From positions 2,720,001-2,784,000 of the forward strand of contig OY762926.1 of assembly GCA_963666735.1 (NCBI GenBank): 64,000 bases of DNA, read 5' to 3'. Below the pieces are notes generated by a model. That model was not told where the DNA came from, did no database searches, and worked only from the letters and a program-made list of their open reading frames with translations. Position 1 is the first letter of the stretch; the number at the start of each line of letters is the position of its first letter. A program made the position numbers and the translations under genes. Positions 47,186 through 58,040 of this stretch are shown here, piece by piece. Origin of the DNA: Gemmatimonadota bacterium (GTDB lineage: Bacteria > Gemmatimonadota > Gemmatimonadetes > Palauibacterales > Palauibacteraceae).

Positions 47186-49893
47186 CTAGAGCCCCAGCCA
47201 GTGTTCGAACTTGACCAGGAAGATATTGGTGGAGGGAATCCGCGCGAGGTCGGTCAGGTCGTCGCCGAAGCGGAACGAGCCATCGTTGACGAACGACTGC
47301 TGGTCGCGGCTCCAGACCAGGAACACGGTCGAGCCGGGCCGATACTGCCAGCGCAGGACCAGGTTGGAGCGGAACGACTTCACGTTGAAGTCGGGATCGG
47401 CAAAGCCGAAGTCCGCTCTTCCGTCCCGGTCGGAGTCGACCTCGTAGAGCCCGCGGCCGTTCGCCTCCACCCGCCGGATCTCGTTCTCGCCGTACGTCCG
47501 GAAGCGATCGGAAAAGGCGGAAGCCCGCGGATCATCGACCTCCATGAAGCGGTCGTAGCTCCCCGCGCTCACGAAGGGCTGGGCGTAGAACTGAAGGGAG
47601 AGGTCCGGGCTGAACGTGTAGTTCAGGCGGGTCGTGATCGAGACCGTCTGCTGGCTCAGACGCGCGAACACGTAGCGCGTCCCGTCCGACGCGCCGGGCC
47701 GCGAGACGAACTGCCACGCCCGATCGTTCCACTGCAGACTCGGGCCGAAGTTGAGCTGGAGACGGCTCGACGGCTGGAGCATCACGTTCGGCGACAGGCC
47801 CAGGCGGCGGGTCGCGGTGCTGTACTCTCCTCCCGCGTTGAATACGGCTCCGAGCCGCACGGGCTTGCGGGAGTCGGTGAACACGCCGCCCCAGCTGCTC
47901 CACTGGCTGGGCTGGTAGAGGGAAGGCCCTCCGCGCAGTGCCGTGGTGGCGATTCCCGCCCACTCCTGGTTGAACCCGGCGAAGCCGCGCCAGAAATTCT
48001 TGAGCTGAAAATTCCCGTTCACGTTGCCGCCCGTGAACTGCCGTTCGCCGGCGAACGTCCAGCCGGACCACGTCGCCGCGTTCACGCCCCAGTTCCGGAA
48101 CGGCCCCTGCGGCCGGAACTGCTCGTAGTTCACCCAGGCCGCCCCGACCCGGTAGTCCGAGTTCTGCTGGAAGCCGAGGTCGTTGGACTCGAAGCCGGGC
48201 GACCGGTTCTCGCCGAACAGTCCGTAGCGCCAGTTCCCGCCTCCGACCCTTGAGAAGCTGATCGTCGACGTGCTGCCCGAGAGACGCGTGCGGGTGGGGT
48301 CCAGTCCGTGCCTCGAGTCCGGGCTCTGGAAGTAGTGGACGGAGGAGCGCTGGATGCGCTCGATCGCCTCCGGACTCCCGCTCACCGTGCTCCCGATCAG
48401 GTGACCGTCGATCTGATAGTTCCCGTTCCCGAACCGGTGGCGGAAGTCGATCCCTCCCGTGTACGCGGCGTCCGTCAGGAAGACGAGCGGCCCTCCGGCG
48501 TCCAGGTGCCGGTTCGTGGCGGTGCCGATGACGCCGATCGCGCTCTCTCCGTCGCGGAAGTCCTTGATGACCCGCGCCACGGCGTAGTGGTCATCGGCTC
48601 CACGAGCTGGTCGCCGGAGGCGCCTCCCGGCGAAATGAAGCGGGCGTTCTCACTCGAGGTGAGGGCATCGAGGAACCCGATCGACCAGCCGTCCGCCGTC
48701 TTCCCGGACAGTTTCGCGGCTCCGAGAATGCTCGTCGCCTTCGGCACGTCGCGGTAGGCCGCCGGGCTCGTCACGGACCCCTGGGGCGTCCGCCCGACCC
48801 GGCGGCTGTAGAAAAGCGACTCGTTGTTATCATCGCCCGCCCCGAAGGAAAAACCGAAGATGTCCGATCCCTCCTGGAAGAACGGCCGCTTCTCGGGAAA
48901 GAACGTTTCGAACGCCGTGAGGTTCACGACGGACGGATCCGCTTCGACCTGCCCGAAGTCGGGGTTGACCGTCACATCGAGCGTGAGGTTCTCCGTGATC
49001 CCGTACTTCAGGTCTCCCCCCACCGTCTGGCGCAGGGCCGTGGCCGCGTAGAACGGATCGTCAGCCGAGCCCGGCGTCCGCGTGGCCGAGGAGAGGACGT
49101 AGGGCCGCACTTCCAGATTGCGGCGCGGCTGGAGACCCCGCAGGTCGCGCAGCGTGCCGAACGCGGACACGACCCGCGAGCGGTCCTCCGGCAGGGGAGA
49201 CCACGCGCTCGACTCCTCCAGGCGGGCGATCTCGCGCAGGAAGTTGATGCCCCACGTACTTCCGGCGCCGTCGGAGGATCCGGCGAACCGGAGCTGCGAG
49301 AGGGGGATCCGCAGTTCCGCAGTCCAGCCCGTTTCGTCCGAGCGCGTCGCGCTTTCCCACACCGCGTTCCAATCGCCGTCCTCCTCGGTGTCGGAGAACA
49401 TCAGCGCGTCGCTCTGGACGCCCGCCACGCTGACGGAGAAGCGGAACGCCGTGCGGTGATCGAAGTAGCTGTCGAGCGCGACGTGAAAGGCGTCCGTCGT
49501 CACCTGCTCGTCGCGGCGCGCGAGCCGGCGAATAATCCCGTCGGGATCGCGGTCGTGCATCCGCGCGCCGATGTAGACGGCGTCGTCCGTATAGAGGACC
49601 CGGACCTCGGTGCGCTCGCTCGCCGGCGCGCCCGGGTCGGGCTGGACCTGAACGAAGTCGGTGGCAATCGACGCCCCGTTCCACGCGGGTTCGTCCAGCC
49701 GCCCGTCGATCTGCGGCGGCTCCGTCGCCCGGACGGCTTGGAGCGCCGGGGCCGCGGCGGCCCGCGCGTGTGTTTCGCCGCCGATCGCGGAATCCTGTGC
49801 CGCGAGCGGCGCGGCCAGGCCCATCAACAGCACGAAAGCCGCCAGCCGGCGCAGCGGGGCGGCGGAATCTATCAAGAACGAGGAGAACCCCAA
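47186..49893 (-). pseudogene. CBM9-like/DUF5916 outer-membrane protein with a 1-nt frameshift near 48588
   Basis: IDGRLDE, WTAELRIP, NPDFGQVEAD, FPEKRPFF, YSRRVG in ORF 48475..50361; the barrel half is in ORF 47186..48580; junction ATG ACC AC TAC GCC GTG lacks one base. Confidence 0.75.
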
Positions 49894-50018
49894 GGTGACC
49901 TTCCTTAAGCAGCCCGAACCCTGAAACCTGCGAATTAGGACGCGTCGAGCCGTCGAAAGGTTGCGGTCCGCCGCGTTCCTGACGGGAACGATGCCGGTGA
50001 GGAAAAAGTTGCAGGGGG

Positions 50019-50996
50019 TCAGCCGCCCGCGTCGGCCTCCAGGCGGGCGATCTCCGCCTCCGACGCGATGTAGCCGAACCCGGCCCACCCGGAACCCTCG
50101 AGAATGCGGCGGTACATCTCCACCGCCCGCGCCTCGCGGCCGTTGTAGAGGTGCCAGGTCGCGACGCCGTAGGCGACCGCCACGCCCGCCGGATCTCCGC
50201 TCGCGGGATCCCACAGTTCGTCGGCAGCGAGTTCCCCCTTGTACATGAGGAGGAGCCGGTGATAGCTGGTGTTCTCGATGACGTCGAGGTCCGCCGTCAC
50301 GGGTTCGAGGACCTCCGCCGCCTCCGCGTCGCGGCCCAGACGGCGGAGCGCCATGTACCACCAGTGCGAGATCGCCACGAGCTGGTCGGGGTTCGTCGTC
50401 ACCGCCCCGTAGTTCTCGTAGGACGGCAGCGCCCCCTCGAAGTCGCCCTGGAGGTAGCGGGCCAGCGCCAGGTGGTAGTGGATGTTCGACTGCAGCGTGC
50501 TCGTCGGTATGCCGCGTGCGTTGGGCTGGCCGTCCGGCTCGACCTCGTCCTCCTCGCCCCGGACCAGGCCGGCGGCGTACGAAAGGTCCTCGATCGCCCG
50601 GTCGAACTCGCGCACGCTGATCCAGCGGTGCCCGCGATGACGGTACATCCTCGCGTCGTCCGGGTGCTTCTCGATCCCCTCCGAGAAGATCTCGATCGCG
50701 TCGCGAAAGGCCCCCGTGTACCCGACGCGCCGGCCGAGCCAGATGATCGCGTCGGCGTCATCCGGATCCGCGTCGTAGTCCGCGCGCGCGGCTTCGACGT
50801 CGCGCGCCTGCTGCGCCGCGACCTCCGCCGCGGCGGGGGACGGATGGAGCGGTTCGCCCAGGAGCGAGATCGCCTCCGCCCCCTCCGGGAGTCCGTCCCC
50901 GCCGCCGGATGTTCCGGCGTCGTCCGCCGGCTCGTCGCAGGCCGCGAAGCCGAGCCCGAGCGCGAGAGCGCCGAGTTCCGTTCGATAGCGTTTCAT
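50019..50996 (-). CDS. TPR-containing lipoprotein
   Basis: FAAC lipobox, TPR-like helices (YRHRGHRW, YHLALARY). Confidence 0.8.
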   Translation of the reverse strand: MKRYRTELGALALGLGFAACDEPADDAGTSGGGDGLPEGAEAISLLGEPLHPSPAAAEVAAQQARDVEAARADYDADPDDADAIIWLGRRVGYTGAFRDAIEIFSEGIEKHPDDARMYRHRGHRWISVREFDRAIEDLSYAAGLVRGEEDEVEPDGQPNARGIPTSTLQSNIHYHLALARYLQGDFEGALPSYENYGAVTTNPDQLVAISHWWYMALRRLGRDAEAAEVLEPVTADLDVIENTSYHRLLLMYKGELAADELWDPASGDPAGVAVAYGVATWHLYNGREARAVEMYRRILEGSGWAGFGYIASEAEIARLEADAGG

Positions 50997-51150
50997 CGTT
51001 ATTCCTCGTTATCCCCTCGTTACGCTTGGGAAGCGGGTTTCCGCGCGGCTCGCAAAACCCGGACCGGATGACGAGCGTACGGCGCACTGCCAAGATCCAA
51101 CATCAAGCCAGACTCGCGGGCGCGCCGCAAGAGCCGCAAGAGAGGTGGAC

Positions 51151-51432
51151 ATGACCGAGGAACACAGGGTGCCGGGTGAGAACCTCGTCCGGAAGATCAA
51201 GGAGATCATCCGGGAGGGGAACGTACGCCGCATCTCGATCCGGAACGAAGACGGAAAGGAGCTCATCGAGGTTCCGCTCTCCATCGGTGTCGTGGGGACG
51301 TTGATGCTGCCCGCCTGGGCGGCGATCGGCGCCATCGCCGCGCTCGTCACGAACTGCTCGATCGTCGTGGAACGCGAAGAACCCGAGGCGGAGGGAGCTG
51401 GCGAGCCGAGCGAGGTGCCTACCAGCGAATGA
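51151..51432 (+). CDS. DUF4342-family protein
   Basis: KIKEIIREGNVRRI...IEVPL..GVVG...AAIGAIAAL. Confidence 0.8.
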   Translation: MTEEHRVPGENLVRKIKEIIREGNVRRISIRNEDGKELIEVPLSIGVVGTLMLPAWAAIGAIAALVTNCSIVVEREEPEAEGAGEPSEVPTSE

Positions 51433-51481
51433 GGCGTAGGGCTAATCAAAAAAAAGAGATTCGGAGCTGCTATAGCGCACC

Positions 51482-52010
51482 TGGAGCTGTCCCGCTTTCA
51501 CGGACGGTTGATTTCTGTGGTTGATCACCTCGGGTTCTGCTCCCTTCGGTCTCTCTCGGACGCGGGAGAGAGGCTCCGGGTGCGCGCCCGCGGTGCGCCT
51601 CATGCCGCATGGTTCCTCTCGTAGCTGGCCGGCGACTCGTAGCCGAGGGCCGAGTGCAGCCTGCGCGTGTTGTAGAAGCCCTCGATGAAGCCGAACACCT
51701 CTCGCCGGGCCTCCGACGCCGTGCGGAGCGAGAGCGCCATCGCCAGAGCGGCCTCGACGAGCTCGGTCCGCATGTGGGTCGCCATGGCCCAGCCGACGAC
51801 GCGGCGGATCCAGACGTCGAGCACGACGGCCGGATACAGCCAGCCCGCCCACGTGGGCACGTACGTGATGTCGGCCACCCACAGCTGGTCGGGCCCCGAG
51901 GCCGTGAAGTCGCGCATCACTTCATCAGCCGCCCCACGGGCTTCCGGCCCACCCGCTCGCCCTCGGCCCTCAGCGCCGCGTGGATCCGCGGACGACCGTA
52001 CGTCTCGCCG
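51482..52010 (-). mobile_element. IS3-family remnant (internally deleted integrase-core transposase plus right end)
   Basis: PDQLWVADITY...VVGWAM and FIEGFYNTRRLHSALGYESP; end sequence TGGAGCTGTCCCGCTTTCACGGACGG at 51482. Confidence 0.8.
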
Positions 52011-52650
52011 CTGAGCCTCTCGACGGGCGGGAGCGCCATGGTGCTGGACGCGGTCATCGAGCGCGGGAACCCAGCCGACAGCTAACGCCTGATCCAGATG
52101 CTCGAGCGGCACGCGGAGTGTACGGGGTGGCGCCGGCGCCGGCGGCGCGCGACGGGCCTACGCGAGCAGGGCGAACCTGCGCGATGCGAAGCGCCGGGCA
52201 TCGTCGACATGATGTTCCACAAGAGGCAAAGGGGCCGGCCCCGGTGGAGGTGGCGTCCTCGGCGGGCGTCTACGGGCGGCTCAAGCGGTTCCGGGCCGGG
52301 ATGGAGGCGGCGATCGCGTGCCTGAAGCGCAGCTTCGGGCTTTAGCGGTGCAACTGGCGGAGCCTGAGCACTTCCGGCCCTACGCGTGGTCGGCCACCGT
52401 CACGCACAATCTCGTTGTCCTTGCTCAAAGCCGGCTGAAACTCCAGCCGGCGTAGCGCCGGCCCCCTTCGATGAACCGCAAGGCTGACTCGCAAGAGTTG
52501 GGCGCTTCCGCGCTTCGCGGGTCAAGCAGACGCGCCTGAGGTGCGCGAAACCACCCCAGCCGACCGTTCGGAGTACCGAGACGGGCAGAATCGAGGGGTG
52601 AGAGCCTCGCGGGACATCCCGGGAATCCGTATTTATTGAACGGGAACTAG
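52010..52650 (+). mobile_element. Degenerate ISNCY/IS5-like transposase 3' remnant
   Basis: Fragments VLDAVIERGNPADS, YASRANL, RFRAGMEAAIACLKRSFGL, HNL broken by stops and shifts; end-like TTTATTGAACGGGAACTAG. Confidence 0.65.
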
Positions 52651-52750
52651 TACAAGGGAAACAAATGTCGCGCCGCTCGGTGTCGGATGCTTGACGCGAC
52701 GGCGGCGGAGCGACTGATCCCGGCCCCATCTTGAACAGACTGGAGGAGCC

Positions 52751-53218
52751 ATGAATAAGCGTTTGCTCACACTCTGTGTGCCGGTTGTCGTCGCCACGCT
52801 TGTCGCGGGTTGCGGCGGCGACGACCCCATGGACACGGAGCCGCCCGCGGACGCGGGTCCGCCCAACCTCTCGGGCACATACAATCTCGTGTCCCTGTCC
52901 GGCGCCATCACCGGGGGGATTACCTTTGCGCCACCCGTTGCCGTGGGGACGTTTACGCTGTCGCAGGACGCGACTTTCGAGGGCAGCGCGACAGGGACCC
53001 TCACGCTGAGCATCACGGTGACGAACCCGCTGGATGGCTCGGTGATTCAAACCATCGAGGACCAGGGAACGTTCACGGTGCGCACGGACGGGAGCTGGGA
53101 GCAGACGGGAGAGACGGCGCAGAACATCGGGACCTACTCGCTGGCGGGGAACGTCCTCACCGTCACGGTGACGGAGCCCGCGCCCAACGTCTCGACGACC
53201 GTTTGGCAGCGGCAGTAA
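52751..53218 (+). CDS. Lipocalin-like lipoprotein
   Basis: GGAGGAG RBS, LVAGC lipobox, LSGTYNL, GTYSLAGNVLT. Confidence 0.75.
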   Translation: MNKRLLTLCVPVVVATLVAGCGGDDPMDTEPPADAGPPNLSGTYNLVSLSGAITGGITFAPPVAVGTFTLSQDATFEGSATGTLTLSITVTNPLDGSVIQTIEDQGTFTVRTDGSWEQTGETAQNIGTYSLAGNVLTVTVTEPAPNVSTTVWQRQ

Positions 53219-55368
53219 CAGTCGGTGCCCGCCGATGTCTCGCGGCAAGCACGGCGCTCGCCGCCTTCCTGGCGAGCGGCCGGCTTGCCGCCCAGGCCCA
53301 GGATGTCGTACGCGGCCGCGTTCTGGACGCGGAGACGGGCGCGCCCCTGGCCGGGGCCACCGTCCTCATCCGCGACACCCCGTTACGCGCGACGACGCGG
53401 GCCGATGGCGGGTTCGCGATCCCCTCCCCGTCCGATGGCGCCTTTACGCTGATCGTGGTCGCGGAGGGCTTCCGCGCCTCCGAACGCCGGATCGAGCCTG
53501 ATACGCCCGTAGAACTCAGCATCCTGCTCGAGCGCCGAATGCTCGACGTTCCCGAGTTGACCGTAACCGCGAGCCGCTCCGCCGCCCGGTCCGGAGAGGC
53601 CCCGGTAAGTGTCGCCGTCATGAGCGGCGACGAGCTCGGCAACCGCGACATCGTGACGCTCGACGAAGCGCTTCCGTTCGCGCAGGGCGTGATCTTCAAT
53701 TCCGGCCAGATGGACATCCGCGGCGCCACCGGTCTGGCGCGGGGCGTCGGCAGCCGCGTTCTCATGCTCCTCGATGGCCACCGCGTGCTCTCCGGGGTGG
53801 GCGCTTCCATCGATTTCAGCGGTCTCCCCGTGCTGGACGTGGACCGGATCGAGATCGTGAAAGGTCCACATTCCACCCTGTGGGGGACGAATGCGCTGGG
53901 CGGCGTCGTGAACGTGATCACGAAGCGGCCCTCCGCCGAGCCCGAGACCATCGTGCGCGGGTACGTCGGCCTCTTCGACACGCCGGCCCGGCATTCGTTC
54001 ACGGAGGAGAGGCTGAGCAGGGAAGGGATCGCGCTCCAACACTCCCGCCGCCTGGGCGATGCCGGCGCCACCCTGTTCCTCGCGCGCGAGGCATCGGACG
54101 GGTTCCGGCAGAACGGCGCGCTGGAACGCTGGCGGGTGCGGCTCAAGACCGTCTTCCCGGCGGAATCCTCCAATCCATGGGAGATCTTCGTCAACTGGAA
54201 GCGGAAGGACGAGGAGGAGTTCTTCACCTGGCTGTCGGCAGATCGTCCGCTGGAGGTCGACCCGGCCGAACTCGGAGACTGGATTCGCACGGACGATGTC
54301 GTCCTCGGCGTGACAGCCAATCCGATCGTCACGCCGAAACACCGCGTGCAGGTGCGGCCGCACGTCTACCACGCGAGATCCCGGAACCATTTTCACAACA
54401 ACGAGGATTTCCACCGCTCCACGAGAGTCGGCGCCGACATTCAGTGGTCCCTCTTCCCCAGCGGGTCGCATTCTCTGACGATCGGGGGCGAGGGCGCGCG
54501 GACGGACGTCGAGTCCAATTTCCTCGACCCCGCGCCCGAGGTGACGGACCTGGCCGTGTTCGCACAGGACGAGATCGCTTTCTCCGACCGGGTTCGCGGC
54601 TCTGTGGGCCTGAGGCTGGACTACCACGAGGCCACGGCGGCGATGAGGGATGTCGTGCTCAACCCGAAGCTCGGCCTCGTCTATCAGGCGAGCGAGCGGG
54701 TGAGCCTCCGAGGGTCCTTCAGCCGCGGCTACCGGTCACCGAGCGTGTCCGAGCAGTTCACGTCGACGACCCAGTTCGGCTTTCGCGTCATCCCCAATCT
54801 CGAGTTGCGGGGAGAATCGGCTTGGGCCCGGGAGGTCGGAGCGACCGTGACCCTCACCGATCGCGTCTGGCTCGATGCGGGATTGTTCTGGAGCGACTAT
54901 ACCGACCTCATCGAACCCTCGCCCGCGCCGAACAACGTGTTTGTGTTCCAGTTCCGCAACGTCGCCGAAGCCATGGTGCGAGGCGTCGACGCGGGCCTGC
55001 GGATCGGGGTGATACCGGATCGTCTGGATCTCCGCACGAACTACACGTTCCTCGACACGGAAGACCATCGGAGCGGGCGCGCGCTCCCCTACCGTTCGCG
55101 TCACAACTTCACCGCGACCGCCACCGGCTGGAGGGGCGCCGTCGCGGTCGACTTCCGCCACCGGAGCCGAGTGGAGCAGGTGCTTGCCTTCCCGCTCGAT
55201 GAGCGCAACGCGATCACCCTTGTCGACCTTCGTGTGGGCACCCGGATCCTGGGGACCCGCGTACAGGCGAAGATCGAGAACCTGTTCCAGACCATTTACG
55301 TGGATGTGCAGGAACGGAGTCCCGGACAGAGCCGGAGCTTTCGCCTCACCGTAACCCCCCGCTTCTAG
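53215..55368 (+). CDS. TonB-dependent receptor (start codon unclear)
   Basis: Carboxypeptidase-regulatory-like N domain, VTASR, RIEIVKGP.S.LWG.NALGGVVNVIT plug, terminal F. Confidence 0.88.
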   Translation, partial: VTVGARRCLAASTALAAFLASGRLAAQAQDVVRGRVLDAETGAPLAGATVLIRDTPLRATTRADGGFAIPSPSDGAFTLIVVAEGFRASERRIEPDTPVELSILLERRMLDVPELTVTASRSAARSGEAPVSVAVMSGDELGNRDIVTLDEALPFAQGVIFNSGQMDIRGATGLARGVGSRVLMLLDGHRVLSGVGASIDFSGLPVLDVDRIEIVKGPHSTLWGTNALGGVVNVITKRPSAEPETIVRGYVGLFDTPARHSFTEERLSREGIALQHSRRLGDAGATLFLAREASDGFRQNGALERWRVRLKTVFPAESSNPWEIFVNWKRKDEEEFFTWLSADRPLEVDPAELGDWIRTDDVVLGVTANPIVTPKHRVQVRPHVYHARSRNHFHNNEDFHRSTRVGADIQWSLFPSGSHSLTIGGEGARTDVESNFLDPAPEVTDLAVFAQDEIAFSDRVRGSVGLRLDYHEATAAMRDVVLNPKLGLVYQASERVSLRGSFSRGYRSPSVSEQFTSTTQFGFRVIPNLELRGESAWAREVGATVTLTDRVWLDAGLFWSDYTDLIEPSPAPNNVFVFQFRNVAEAMVRGVDAGLRIGVIPDRLDLRTNYTFLDTEDHRSGRALPYRSRHNFTATATGWRGAVAVDFRHRSRVEQVLAFPLDERNAITLVDLRVGTRILGTRVQAKIENLFQTIYVDVQERSPGQSRSFRLTVTPRF

Positions 55369-55371
55369 CTT

Positions 55372-57609
55372 TTGATTCGGCTGATTCGGCTGATTCGGCG
55401 CAAACCGGGCGCCCGGCTGTCGGCCGGCGCACTGCTCACCGTCTGCGCACTGTCGGCGTGCGAACCGCCGCTCACCGGGAACGCCGGGAGCGGAGCCGGC
55501 CGTGTCACGCGGGATCGACTGCTGGCGACCGACACCGTCCCCGCGGAGTGGATGACGTCGGGCCGCGACTTCGGTGAAACCCGCTACTCTCCGCTCGGGC
55601 GCATTCACGTCATGAACGCGGTTGCCGTCGGTCTCGCCTGGGAGTACGAGTGGCGATCCCATGTCGGGTCCGTGCACTGGGGGCTCGAGGCCACGCCCGT
55701 CGTCGTCGACGGCGTGATGTATTCGCCTGGCCCCTGGGGAAGCGTCGCGGCGCTCGACGCGGCGACGGGAGAACTCGTGTGGCGCCACGACCCCGACGTC
55801 GACCCGAGCTACACGCGCAAGGGTTGCTGCGGCCCCGTCAACCGCGGACTCGAGGTGTGGGAGGGCCGCGTCTACACTGGCACCTTCGACGGCTGGCTGG
55901 TGGCGCTCGACGCCGCGACGGGCGAGGAGGTGTGGCGCGCCGACACCTTCATCGACCGGTCGCTCTCCTACACGAGCACCGGCTCGCCGCAGATCGCCGG
56001 CGATGTCGTCGTCCTCGGCAACGCCGGCGGCGACTTCGGTGTGCGCGGGTACATCACGGCCTACGATCTGGAGACCGGCGAGGAGGCGTGGCGCTTCTTC
56101 ACGGTTCCCGGCGATCCGGCCGATGGCTTCGAGCACCCGGAGATGGAGGTGGCGGCCGCCACGTGGGACCCGGATTCGGCCTGGGAGGGCGGACTCGGGG
56201 GCACTGTGTGGGGCGAGATGGCCTACGACCCCGTGCTCGACCTCCTCTACGTGGGGACGGGGAACTCCTACCCGTACCCGATCTGGCACCGCAGCCCATC
56301 GGGGGGCGACAACCTCTACCTCGTCTCCATCCTCGCCATCGACCCGAAGACCGGTCGTCTCGTCTGGCACTACCAGACGGTGCCGGGCGAGATCTGGGAC
56401 TACACCGCGACGCAGAACATCATCCTGAGCACGGTCACGATCGACGGCCGGCCGCGCGAGGTTCTGCTCCAGGCTCCGAAGAACGGCTTCTTCTACGTGC
56501 TCGACCGCGCCACGGGCGAACTGCTGCAGGCGGAGAACTTCGTGACCGTCACCTGGGCGCAGGGGATCGATCTCGATACGGGCCGGCCGGTCCCGAACCC
56601 CGCCGCGGACTATCGCGACGAGCCGCGCGTCGTCTTCCCCTCCTCCGCGGGCGGGCACAACTGGCAGCCGATGTCCTTCGATCCCGAGACGGGCATCGCC
56701 TACATCCCCGCCCGCGAGCAGGCCATGCTGTGGCGGTCGCTGGACGAGTTCGACCATCGCCCCGAGGTCGCGTACGAAGGCTTCACGGCCTCCTGGCCTC
56801 CGTTCCCGGAGGAGTTCGCGCACCTCGCGGAGGGTCTCCCGGATATCGGTCCGAACGAGTTTCTCCTCGCGTGGGATCCGGTCGCGGGGCACGAGTTGTG
56901 GCGGGTTCCGCGCGGGAGCATGTGGAACGGAGGCACCCTCGTGACGGGCGGGAACCTCGTCATCCAGGGGACGGCGGCGGGCACGCTGGACTTCCACCAG
57001 GCCGACACCGGCGAACGCATCCACAGCATCCATCTCGGCAGCGGCGTGATGGCGGGGCCCATGACGTACGAGGTCGACGGCGTGCAGTACATCGCGGTCA
57101 TGGCGGGCTACGGCGGGCCGAGGGGATCCGCCTATCCGCCCGGTTCGGCGGCGTACGACTACGAGAGCACGGGACGGCTGCTCGTGTTCAGGCTCGACGG
57201 CGGGGCGGTGCCGCTACCGCCCGCGCAGGTCGTGCCGACGACGCCGGAACCGCCGGATCTGGCGCTCGACGCGGCCAGGGTCCGGCGCGGGGCGGAACTC
57301 TTCGGGGTCCACTGCAGCATTTGCCACCGGGCCTCGGACGAACATCTCTCCGCCTATCCGGATCTGCGCCGCATGGACGGCGGCGCGTGGGAGAGTTTCG
57401 ACGCCGTGGTGCTTGGCGGCGCGCTCGCCGTGAACGGCATGGCGGGGTTCGGCGACCTGCTCTCGATAGAGGACGCGACCGCGATCCGGCACTACCTCAC
57501 GAGCGAGCAGCGGCGCCTGTGGGAGGCGGAGTTCAGTCGGGGGGCGGCCCGGCGGGTCCCTCCGCCTTCGCCACGTCGAGTTCGACCGTCCGCTTCAGGT
57601 CCTGGTTGA
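55372..57609 (+). CDS. PQQ-dependent quinohemoprotein alcohol dehydrogenase (type II), lipoprotein
   Basis: LSAC lipobox, EATP, vicinal CC, WDYTA, KNGFFY, GGHNW, C-terminal CSICH heme motif. Confidence 0.92.
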   Translation: MIRLIRLIRRKPGARLSAGALLTVCALSACEPPLTGNAGSGAGRVTRDRLLATDTVPAEWMTSGRDFGETRYSPLGRIHVMNAVAVGLAWEYEWRSHVGSVHWGLEATPVVVDGVMYSPGPWGSVAALDAATGELVWRHDPDVDPSYTRKGCCGPVNRGLEVWEGRVYTGTFDGWLVALDAATGEEVWRADTFIDRSLSYTSTGSPQIAGDVVVLGNAGGDFGVRGYITAYDLETGEEAWRFFTVPGDPADGFEHPEMEVAAATWDPDSAWEGGLGGTVWGEMAYDPVLDLLYVGTGNSYPYPIWHRSPSGGDNLYLVSILAIDPKTGRLVWHYQTVPGEIWDYTATQNIILSTVTIDGRPREVLLQAPKNGFFYVLDRATGELLQAENFVTVTWAQGIDLDTGRPVPNPAADYRDEPRVVFPSSAGGHNWQPMSFDPETGIAYIPAREQAMLWRSLDEFDHRPEVAYEGFTASWPPFPEEFAHLAEGLPDIGPNEFLLAWDPVAGHELWRVPRGSMWNGGTLVTGGNLVIQGTAAGTLDFHQADTGERIHSIHLGSGVMAGPMTYEVDGVQYIAVMAGYGGPRGSAYPPGSAAYDYESTGRLLVFRLDGGAVPLPPAQVVPTTPEPPDLALDAARVRRGAELFGVHCSICHRASDEHLSAYPDLRRMDGGAWESFDAVVLGGALAVNGMAGFGDLLSIEDATAIRHYLTSEQRRLWEAEFSRGAARRVPPPSPRRVRPSASGPG

Positions 57610-57949
57610 TGAAGATCGGAAACGTGTACCCGCCGTATTTCTGGAACGTCAGGTGGTTGATGCCCACGACGTGATTGAAGGTGGCCGCCTTCCCCGGCGG
57701 GGCCTGGACGGAGAAGCCGCCCGTCACCTTGAAGAGTTCCTGTCCGTCTTCGTCCATGCACCGGATTTCCAGCGCGTGCTGCCGGTCGGTCTCGGAGGGC
57801 TCGGCCCGGATCCTCAGGACCAGTTGCATGGACGGGTGGGTCACCGGCATCGCCCCGGCGTAGAGCGTGTCGAAGAGGCCCATCAGATTGAGCTTGCCAT
57901 CGCTCGAGGTATTGGCGGCATCGGCCAGTGTGGCCAGCACGATTTCCAT
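57533..57949 (-). CDS. DUF6941-like hypothetical protein
   Basis: LADAAN..DGKLNLMGLFD...F...G.Y.F. Confidence 0.7.
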   Translation of the reverse strand: MEIVLATLADAANTSSDGKLNLMGLFDTLYAGAMPVTHPSMQLVLRIRAEPSETDRQHALEIRCMDEDGQELFKVTGGFSVQAPPGKAATFNHVVGINHLTFQKYGGYTFPIFINQDLKRTVELDVAKAEGPAGPPPD

Positions 57950-58040
57950 TCGGCGGTTCTCCAGGGGGCGTATGGGTGCAAGGAGTTCGGCGGACCGGAA
58001 GTGTAACGGTTGGGGCGTCTCGGCGAATCCGGGGCGGGTG

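Noticed and set aside
56390..56415. Lanthanide-dependent ADH
   Set aside because: Active-site motif is WDYT, lacking the extra Asp (DxD) of lanthanide enzymes; Ca-type is more likely
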